DNA of 64,000 nucleotides from Salmo salar (Eukaryota): NCBI RefSeq assembly GCF_905237065.1, contig NC_059444.1, positions 51,878,644 to 51,942,643 of the forward strand, read 5' to 3'. Shown piece by piece: positions 54,746 to 64,000 of this stretch (position 1 is its first letter; each line of letters starts with the position of its first letter). The notes under the pieces were generated by a model. It saw only the letters and a program-made list of their open reading frames with translations, ran no database searches and was not told where the DNA came from. The position numbers and the translations under genes were made by a program.

Positions 54746-54953
54746 GCCAGTCTGTCTCCGCCAAGAGTAGGATGTCCCGGAGCTGTCGCCGCAGGCTTTC
54801 ATTTTGTCTCTTCGCGCTTTCATTCTCTCTCTTCGTCCTAGCCGTCTCTTCTCGGTACTCGGCCACTGTGTCCCCGACCACGTCCAGAATCTCCCGCACC
54901 ACTACCGTTAAACGTTCTGTCAGGTAAGCATTCAACAGCTGCAGTTTGGTCAT
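54746..54953 (-). CDS. C2H2 zinc-finger gene ZNF-B exon 1: paralogous N-terminal domain (MTKLQLLNAYLTERLTVVVREILDVVGDTVAEYREETARTKRENESAKRQNESLRRQLRDILLLAETDW)
   Basis: ORF-track 54696..54953(-). Donor TGGC|GTAAGA at 54746 is the only in-exon GT, phase 1. Confidence 0.6.
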
Positions 54954-55249
54954 TTTAAAGACGTAAAATAGTGCAGAATAATGTCTCGTCTCTCTCTCAG
55001 CGGATGTTGTGATTTTACTCTTCGTTTGTTGGCAGTTGGGTGACTAGGAAGTGTGTATGTTGTTTTATCGCCACCTTCTGTTTGGGAAGTGAAATGTCTG
55101 TCTTGTTTATGTTGAGCCACAAGGGGGAAGTGCAACCATTTATATTTTCCTCTGAATCAGTAGTTTTATAACATGATCCCTCAATCCTGGTCCATCCCAA
55201 CAACATCTGATTCAACTACTCAACTAACTTATCATTCAGCCCTTAATCA

Positions 55250-57060
55250 AAAAGGTAGGCCTATGAACAGAAGCCCAAACACAAATAAGACTAAACAGAC
55301 AGACCTAGTGAAGCCAGCAGATAGCTACAGGACTGTTTTGCCAGCACAGACTGGAATGTGTTCTGGGATTCATCCAATGGCATTGAGGAGTATACCACCT
55401 CAGTCACCGGCTTTATCAATAAGTGCATAAACGACATCGTCCCAACAGTGACCGTACGTACATATCCCAACCAGAGGCCATGGATTACAGGCAACATTCG
55501 CACTGAGCTAAAGGCTAGAGCTGAGCAAGACCTTTATACAGGTGAACATTCACAAGGCCGCGGGGCCAGACGGATTAGCAGGACGTGTACTCAGCATGCG
55601 TGGACCAACTGACAAAAGTTTTCACTGACATCTTCAACCTCTCCCTGACCGAGTCTGTAATACCTACATGTTTCAAGCACACCACCATAGTCCCTGTGCA
55701 CAAGAAAGCGAAGGTAACCTGCCTAAATGACTACCGCCCCGTAGCACTCGCGTCAGTAGCCATAAAGTGCTTTGAAAGGCTGGTCATGGCTCACATCAAC
55801 ACCATCATCCCGGAAACCCTAGACCCACTCCGATTCGCATACCGCCTCAACAGATCCGAAGATGACGCAATCTCAATCGCACTCCACACTGCTCTTTCCC
55901 ACCTGGACAAAAGGAACACCTATGTGAGAATGCTGTTCATTGACTACAGTTCAGTGTTCAACTCCATAGTGCCCATAAAGTTCATCACTAAGCTAAGGAC
56001 CCTGGGACTAAACACCTCCCTCTGCAACTGGATACTAGACTTCCTGATATGCCGCTCCCAGGTGGTAAGGGTATGCAACAACACATCTGCCACGCTGATC
56101 CTCAACAAGGGGGCCCCTCCGGGGTGCGTGCTTAGTCTCCTCTTGTACTCCCTGTTTACTCACGACTGCGTGGCCAAGTACAACTCCAACACCATCATTA
56201 AGTTTACTGACGACACAACAGTGGTAGGCCTGATCACCCACAACGATGAGACAGCATATAGGGAGGAGGTCAGAGATCTGGCCGTGTGGTGCCAGGACAA
56301 CAACCTCTCCCTAATTGTGAGCAAGACAAAGGAGATGATCGTGGACTACAGGAAAAGAAAGGCCGAACACGCCCCCATTCACATCGACGAGGCTGTAGTT
56401 CCTTGGTGTCCACATCACCAACAAACTATTATGGTCCAAACACACCACGACAGTCGTAAAAAGGGCACGACAACGCCTTTTCCCCCTCAGGAGACTGAAA
56501 ACATTTGGCATGGGTCCCAAGATCCTCAAAAAGTTCTACAGCTGCACCATCGAGAGCATCCTGACCGGTTGCATCACCGCCTGGTATGGCAACTGCTCGG
56601 CATCCGACCGTAAGGCGATACAGATGGTAGTGTGTACGGCCCAGTACATCACTGGGGCCAAGCTTCCTGCCATCCAGGACCTATATACTAGGCGGTGTCA
56701 GAGGAAGGCACAACATTTTTTCAAAGACTTCAGTCACCCAAGTCATAAACTTTTCTCTCTGCTACCGTGCGGCAAGTGGTACCGAAGCGCCAAGTCTAGG
56801 TCCAAAAGGTTCCTTAACAGCTTCTACCCCCAAGCCATCAGACTGCTGAACAATTTAATCAAATGGCGACCCGGACTGTTTGCATTGACCCCCCCCCTTT
56901 GTTTTTACACTGCTGCTACTCGCTGTTTATTATCTATGCATTGGCACTTTACCCCTACCTACATGTATAAATTACCTCGACTGACCTCTACCCCCCGCAC
57001 ATTGACTCTACCCCTTGTATATGGCCTTGTTATTGTTATTTTATTGTGTTACATTTTTTC
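55250..57060 (+). mobile_element. LINE copy (5'-truncated ORF2: RT with FTDDTTVVG, plus C-terminal domain), ends in a poly-A stretch; about 300 bp upstream of the ZNF-B start, opposite strand
   Basis: ORF 55585..56613 has [66 protein letters not shown] 56510..57064 parallels 51100-51520. Tail cttaaaaaaaaacgg. Confidence 0.8.
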
Positions 57061-58107
57061 TTAAAAAAAAACGGCATAAAACTGCATTGTTGGTTAAGAG
57101 CTTGTCAGTAAGGCTTCAGGTCTCAGGAAAGGTTACTCATCACACTGGCGTAGTGGGCATCTTTAATGAAACTCAATTGAATTACAGGTCAAGGTGATTA
57201 AAGATGGGATCTCTTTATCTTTGAAAGAGAAATTGGCGTGCTCAGCTCCAACGTTTTGCAGTCCAAAAAATGATTTGGACGCTGGGTTCAAAAGGCTTAT
57301 ACTGGAAGAAAGAAATGCATCTGTTTGTTTTGATCACTGCTGCTAAAATATAAGACATTTAAACTTACAGAATATTTCCTTTCTTGAAATATAACTCCTT
57401 ATCTTTGCCACGTAGCAGGGGGCTATATCGACATTAACTCTCTACTCCTCTGCAACTCTTCCCCGGGTCATTGCAAGCGGTGGCTCTCCTGGGAAAATGT
57501 AGGTAAGTACAAAAGAAAGTGTCTAGTGTCACCTGAGTGTCTAAGAAAGGTTAATAACAGTAGCTCCATTTTAAGAAAAACACCCAAGAGAATTCAGACA
57601 CTGGTAACTGGACAGAGTGAGCCACTGCCAGCCTAGGCCCTCCACCAAACCCTTTTGGACTGGGATTGGTCGTCTGGGTTTGCATCCCAAATGCTACCCT
57701 ATTCCATATTCACTGCTTTTGACCAGGGCCCAACGGCACCATATAGGGATTAGGGTGCCATTTGGGGCGCATCCCAGGTCTGCCTCTAATCTTCCAGTGG
57801 TATCAACATCAGGGCTTTATCGGGAGACGAAGCGGTGCGTGACCCTCTGGACTGGACTGGACTGCCCACTGCCATCCTCCATGCAGGAGAGGAGATGCAG
57901 ATTGTGTGGGAGAGGCTGCAGTCCCTTAATCGGATTTATTGATTAGATAATTCAGTCAGATTTATCGATGAGATAATTCAGTCAGAGAAGCAAATTAAAT
58001 CCCTGAAGGTTATCTGTAACCTTCTCTAAATGTCTCCTTTACTCTCTTTAACTCTCTCCCACTCGCTTGACTTCCCTCTCTCTGTCACTCTCTCCCTTTA
58101 CTTCTCG

Positions 58108-58278
58108 CCTTCTCTCTGGGAAGATCTCAATTGCATACTCCTCACGTCCTCTCTCCTTGTCTCCTTCTCAAACCCGATTGGAGGAGAAGACCAGAGGGGC
58201 GGGACATTTTGCTTTCTCATCCAATTGGTTTTGAGAAGGAGATGAGGAGAGAAGACGTGAGGAGAATGCAATTGAGAT
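58108..58278. repeat. Palindromic element, about 65-nt inverted arms (gggaagatctcaattgcatactcctcacgtcctctctcc... / ...ggagagaagacgtgaggagaatgcaattgagatcttccc)
   Basis: Mirror-image ORFs 58098..58466(-) and 58131..58418(+) reflect the palindrome. Confidence 0.7.
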
Positions 58279-59511
58279 CTTCCCATAGTCTCTCTCTCAC
58301 TTCCTCGCTGTTTCCTTCTCTTATTGGTAAACCAGGAAAATATATTAAGGCTAGAAAAGATATTACTGCATCTTGTACTGACAGAACCCCCCCCCACCCC
58401 CCAAGTAGGAAACTGTGAAATAAGCAAGATGCAAAATGTTTGTATTTTCATTGCATTTGTAAGCAATATTGCACAAGCATGTTAATGTCAAGAGCCTGAA
58501 CAGTAGAAAAAGTCGGAGGAAAATGTTAGGTAGTAAAAAATGATACAACTCCAGGAGTCAGATTGCAGATAGTGGATTCCGGATCAATGGCGCCCTCTCA
58601 GAAGTGCATTTATTTCGCAGAGCAATGTGTCCTGGGTGATGAAGAGAGTTGACCCTCTATATAGAAAGGTTATAGATATGGTGGTCATCAGAGCTGAACG
58701 GGTCACGCCACCGCAGGTCTGCCCCTTTCCATGTCATTTTGGTGGCGTTGTTGTTGCTGTGATCATGTCGTATGGTAATGTTATGTGGGTTTTACGTATC
58801 TACACTACCGTTAACATTATTGGTCCCTGTTGGATAAATTACGTTTTTTGAATTGAATGGGATCGAATTGACTCCCTCCATCCAAGGTCAAGCTGCTGTA
58901 CAAATTAAACACACTTTTAAAATATGAAATATCTGACTTTCTGGAAGGCCACTGTCTGCAATTAATTGAATACCGGTTCTCCTAGGAGGTTAAACGGATA
59001 CATACTGCATCATCAGCCTGAACTGAAAGACTCTTTGAATCAGTCATTTCAAAACAATTTTGAAATAGTAATTTACCTGGAATCATTTGGATTTGGACCA
59101 ATTAACATTTGACAATGTACATTGGGAAGTTAGCACGCTAGCTTGTGGAGCACAGTGTTGTTAATGTGGGATGGAATCCCGGGTCGGTTGTACAGGGATG
59201 GTCTGTGTTACATTCGGGGGAGGGGGGGGGTTTCGATAAAACGTTGCATTTAATGGGGGAAAAATCCTCTTAGAGAATATGGAGTGTAGCAGCCGGTGTA
59301 ACAGTCCCAAATGGTGTCTCCCAAGAGATCTCCTCTCCCTTCCTTTCCCCTGTCCTCTGCAGCACACTGCGTTCTTTCTCTCCATCTGCTAAAACCGGCA
59401 AGTCAGAATGTATCTTCTCACAGAGTTTAGTCTGTAGACACAGCAATCCCTTCTTAGTGTTGCTCGGATCTTGTGCCCTACATACACCCACCCTCCTTTG
59501 AACTCTACTAA

Positions 59512-59514
<3 letters not shown>

Positions 59515-59563
<49 letters not shown>
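59515..59563. repeat. (GT)n microsatellite followed by an extended CT-rich low-complexity region (59600-60270)
   Basis: Perfect GT run. The downstream pyrimidine-rich stretch gives artefactual ORFs. Confidence 0.9.
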
Positions 59564-59565
<2 letters not shown>

Positions 59566-60517
59566 TTTCATGGCTCTTGGTTCAGAACATCAAAGGCACA
59601 GCACATACAGTATGCTATTTCTTGTTGAGTTTTCCTCTCTCATTCTCTCCTTCTTTTACAGCTCTCTTTTTTACCTTTGGTTCAGACCACTCCCTCTCCC
59701 CCTTTCCTCTATGTGCTCAACTGCATTATGATAGTCCAGATTTTTTTTCTTTCTCTCCCTTAGCTCGACATGTCTACCTTTATCTTTACCTCTATCTGTC
59801 TCTCTAGTTCCTTCCTTTTCTGCTTTTGTGTCGTTCTACCTGGGTTTTTTCTATCTCCCTCTTTCTATCTCTCTCTCGCCATCTGTACTCCCACTCTGCT
59901 CTCTGCCTCCCCACCCCCACCACTCCTTACAAACAGAACAAGTCTATCCATCTCATTATCTGTCTGATAATGCCTTGTTTTTTTCCCGTGATTTGTATCT
60001 ACCCCATTTATTTGAGTTTACCTCCATCACCTTTTCTTTCTCTCTACTGCCATCTCCAGTAGCTGTCCTCCCCAAACCGTCGTGCTCCCCCCCTACCCCT
60101 TTCTCCCTCCCTTTTCTTTCTCTCTATTCCTTACACCGCTCTTTCTCTATCCAGCCTATCCCTCTTTCTCTGCAGCCCCCTCTCTTTCCCCTATCATGTC
60201 TCCTCTCTCCTTATTTCCAGCCACAGAGGCAGAAGCTTTTAATAATTCATATGGATTTCAAATGTAAATGAGATAGAATTTTTATTAACACTGTGAAGTC
60301 AGACCTCACTCCCTCCCTGCTCCATCCCCGCTTCTCCGGTTGCTCTCCCTCCCTGCCAACTGTTGCCTTGACAACCGCAACATCCTGGAAACACGTAACA
60401 GAAATTCACACAAGACAAGAGTGGGTTTCTCGGATACCCTATCTCAAGCACATTCTTAAGGTAGGGAAAACGATGGAAGGAGAGCAAGTCTGACGCAGTT
60501 CAGGACTAACATGTAGC

Positions 60518-61613
60518 GAGATGTATTATTGAACATAAATATAAACGCAACATGTAAATTGTTGGTCCCATGTTTCATGAGATGAAATAAAAGGTCCCAG
60601 AAATGTTCTATACGCACAAAAAGCTTATTTCTCTCAAATTCTGTGCACAAATTTGTTTACCAGTTAGTGAACATTTTGCCTTTGACAAGATAATCCATTC
60701 ACCTGACAGGTGTGGCATATCAAGAAGCTGATTAAACAGCATGATCATTACATAGGTGCACCTTGTGCTGGGGACAATAAAAGGCCACTCTAAAATGTGC
60801 AGTTTTGTCACACAACACAATGCCACAGATGTCTCAAGTTTTGAAGGAGCATGCAATTTGAGGGAGCATCCGGTTTCTTCACCTGCGGGATCGTCTGAGA
60901 CCAGCCACCTGGACAGCTGATGAAACTGTGGGTTTGCACAACCGAAGAATTTCTGCACAAATTGTCAAAAACCATCTCAGGGAAGCTCATCTGCGTGCTC
61001 ATCATCCCCACCAGGGTCTTGACCTGCCTGCAGTTTGGTGTCGTAACCAACTTCAGTGGGCAAATGCTCACCTTCGATGGCCACTGGCACGCTGGAAAAG
61101 AGCGCTCTTCACGGATTAATCCCGGTTTCAACTGTACCGGGCAGATGGCAGACAGGGTGTATGGCGTCGTGTGGGCGAGCAGTTTGCTACTGTCAATATT
61201 GTAAACAGAGTGCCCCATGGAGGTGGTGGGGTTATGGTATGGGCAGGCATAAGCTACAGACAACAAACACAGTTGCGTTTTATCAATGTTAATTTGAATG
61301 CACAGAGATTTCGTGACGAGATCCTAAGGCCCATTGTCTTGCCATTCATCCGCCGCCATCCAACTCTATGCAAAGGAGATGTGTTGCGCCGCATGAGGCA
61401 AATGGTGGTCACATCAGATACGGATTGGTTTTCTGATCCACCCTGCCTTTTTTTTTTTAGGTATCTGTGACTAACAGATGCTTATCTGTTTTCCCAGTCA
61501 TGTGAAATCCACAGATTAGTCCCTAATGAATTTATTTAAATTTACTGATTTCCTTATATGAACTGTAAAATCGTAGAAATTGTGGCATGTTGCGTTTACA
61601 TTTTTGTTCGGTG
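60518..61613 (+). mobile_element. Tc1-like copy 7 (family of copy 1), both ITRs present, transposase frameshifted
   Basis: ITRs tattgaacataaatataaacgcaacatg ... catgttgcgtttacatttttgttcggtg. + ORFs 60928..61119 and 61171..61470 have ..VPHGGGGVMVWAGISY..LNAQRFRDEILRPIV. Confidence 0.8.
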
Positions 61614-62164
61614 TAGCAATGTACCGTGTGAAACAGAGCCCGTTCTCAACTAGGGTTTATTCACAAGGTTCCTTTCAAACTTGATCAATAATCATTAATA
61701 ATCAAACAGGATCAAGATCAATACAGAGTGCTTTATCAATATATTGGATTAACATAGTAGTGTACATACATACTCATACTGTATGTTTATAAAGCAGTCA
61801 ATTAAGGCATGCACAGTCAGGCAAGTCTGCACAGATGTCTGATTCAGGATTATAGTATAGCTCTGTAATCAACGACAATAAGAACAACAACATTGATTAA
61901 CTAAGTGGGCCGAGAGTCTGGTACCACCGGTGCTGCAGTCTGTGGCTACCTCCCAAATGGCACCATATTCCCTATATACTGCACTACTTTTGACCAGAGC
62001 ACTATGGGACTAGAAAGGGAGTAGGGTTCCATTTGGGAGTCAACCAAGAACTCTCCTCCAAAAAGATAATATATCAAACAGGATATAGATTATATTGGAC
62101 AGGATGTAGTTTATAACAAATAGGAAAGGGGATCAAATAGATAATTGTAAAGTGATCCTGTATG

Positions 62165-62275
62165 GCTCAGTTGGTAGAGTATGGTGCTTGCAATGCCAGG
62201 ACCAACCATATGTAAAAATGTATGCACACATGACTGTAAGTTGCTTTGGATAAAAGCGTATGCTAAATAGTATAT
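62165..62275 (+). mobile_element. SINE (tRNA-like head ggctcagttggtagagtatggtgcttgcaatgccagg, conserved tail gtaagttgctttggataaaagcgtatgctaaat)
   Basis: The tail motif is the same as the LINE 3' end at 42015-42050. Confidence 0.55.
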
Positions 62276-63132
62276 CATAAAATAATTATGAACTATAGAA
62301 AATAGAAGGAGAAGAAGAACATGAATTAGTTGGGAATAATTATGTTCTTAATTAAGGAATTAATGAATTGGTGGGAGAAAGAAAGACCTGAGAGATTAAT
62401 AGGAAATTACTAAGAAGACATGAAGAAAAGATGGACATTACTCAAGACATTTATGTGTGTGTGTGTGTAAATTATCTCATGAACTGGTTGGTCATCATCG
62501 TTGTAAGCACATAAGGTAGCTATCTTCGAAGCATGTGAACTGTGTAACTAACTGTAAACATGCTTTTTTCCCCGCCGTTTTCTTGTCAAGGAAGCTCAAA
62601 GTCAACCAGTTGAATAACAAGCGAAGGCCATTGTAGAACATTGTTTTCTTTGTGTTGCTCTACTGTCATAAAGAGAACAACAACGCTAGTAGAAATAACA
62701 GTGAAATAGAACCATAATAATGACAATAGTAATACTAGTGATGATAATAATGGAATAATACAAATAATAGCACTAATAGGTCAATAACAGTCAATATCAA
62801 ACCAAAGGCATAATCAGGTATATAAATAAATATATACATACATCTACAATATAGTGCAAGCAGGTTAAATATCCATAGTTGTGCACAACCATTGAGAAAT
62901 GGAAATAAAAGAAGCCAAAAGTCAGCATTCACTTTCAGCTGAAAATATCTTTGCTTATGTGGTTAGTACGAACTGACATGCTACACTTTGGCGTGAATGG
63001 GGTTACAGGAGACATGGGCAATGTCCTAATTATCTCTCCTTCCTCCCAAAGTGTGCACTTGTTAACTTCCCTTCACTGATTTGAAAATAAATAACTGGTA
63101 CAATAAATACTGTAGAAACTCCCTCTAGCCAA

Positions 63133-63420
63133 TGCCTCCAGGGTGGGAAATGAAAACCAGCCACCAGCCAAATGCTGGTAGATTTTGCCATTGGCTGGTA
63201 GAATGTCTATTCTTACCGGCCACATTGGCGGGTGATCACACAGAGCATTTGGATGCGGTTTTATTTTTGTTCAATCCAAAGCCCACAATGTAAAAAATCT
63301 TTCGGAAAAAAACATATTTGTGCATGCGTTTTCTGTGATTTATCTTCATTTGTTTTGTGGCTGGTCAAATTTGGGCATCCACGGCTGGTGGACTAAAAAC
63401 TGAATTTCCCACCCTGCATG
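63133..63420. mobile_element. Candidate MITE, about 290 bp, with about 30-bp terminal inverted repeats (ccagggtgggaaatgaaaaccagccaccagcc / ggctggtggactaaaaactgaatttcccaccctg)
   Basis: Terminal inverted repeats seen directly. No coding capacity. Confidence 0.45.
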
Positions 63421-64000
63421 CCTCCACTAATCCAATGCTTTTAGATTTGTGGGAAGTAGTGAACGAGTGTACACTTCAGTAGAAAGGATATATTATTGGG
63501 ACACACCCCTCACTAACCTTCTAGACATCAAGCTCTGGCACTGTCAGAGTGGAACATTCTCACTCATGGGAAACCTTCTCCTTTGGTTTTCAACCATATT
63601 GTAGCCTTTCTACAGTAGCTAGCGTAGACCTCAAGGGTGGTTCTGAGGAAGTGCTCCAAACGGTCGGGTGGAGCAGAGTCTCAAAATAACAAATTGGCAT
63701 AGATTATTCTGGACTACCAAACAAATCGCAGTGGAAAAAGTCAACTTTGGACGTGAATATCATGTGTCGTCATGACAAATAAATATGCATGTGATTTATT
63801 TACAACGCGCTGTACTGGTCAACGAGCCTCTCAGCTACATAAAGATGTCCTTGGTGTAAAAACATTAGAGTTAACCCAGCCTCCATTAAAAACTCTTAAG
63901 TATAAACGCACTGTAAACGATACTGTAAACATGCACAGGGGACTGGGCTCAGGAAGTGAAGGGAGTGTGGGTGCCAAGTAGAATATGACACCTTTAAACT

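Overview
This window is vertebrate nuclear DNA, almost certainly from a salmonid fish, and is not prokaryotic. The evidence is the spliced genes, long (GT)n microsatellites, Tc1/mariner elements including a Sleeping-Beauty-like copy, tRNA-derived salmonid-type SINEs, and the abundant salmonid palindromic hairpin repeat. There are no CRISPR arrays, operons or prokaryotic systems. There are three protein-coding genes. The first is a complete Doc2-family gene, closest to doc2a, on the + strand with 10 coding exons spanning 21169-43943, about 431 codons, and introns packed with transposable elements. The second and third are two tandem minus-strand C2H2 zinc-finger genes that share a conserved N-terminal MxKLQLLNAYLTERL domain. 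ZNF-A has exons 49131-49323 and 47605-48803. ZNF-B has exons 54746-54953, 53575-54487 and 49951-50155. The rest of the window is a dense transposon landscape. It holds at least eight Tc1-like elements, all defective, and a 4.5-kb hAT element with a perfect 8-bp target-site duplication (TSD) and nested insertions. It also holds three or more LINE copies (RT-bearing, 5'-truncated), several SINEs, and a full-length Ty3/Gypsy chromovirus (13211-18376) with 100 percent identical 435-bp LTRs and a 5-bp TSD. About 10 kb of TEs (10.8-20.3 kb) is nested inside one minisatellite array. The most notable observation is that every apparent frameshift in the chromovirus gag-pro-pol maps to a single-base change in a homopolymer run. 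This suggests an intact, very young and possibly active element whose frameshifts are assembly artefacts. Coordinates were calibrated against the supplied ORF track wherever possible. Boundaries for other features may be off by one or two bases.
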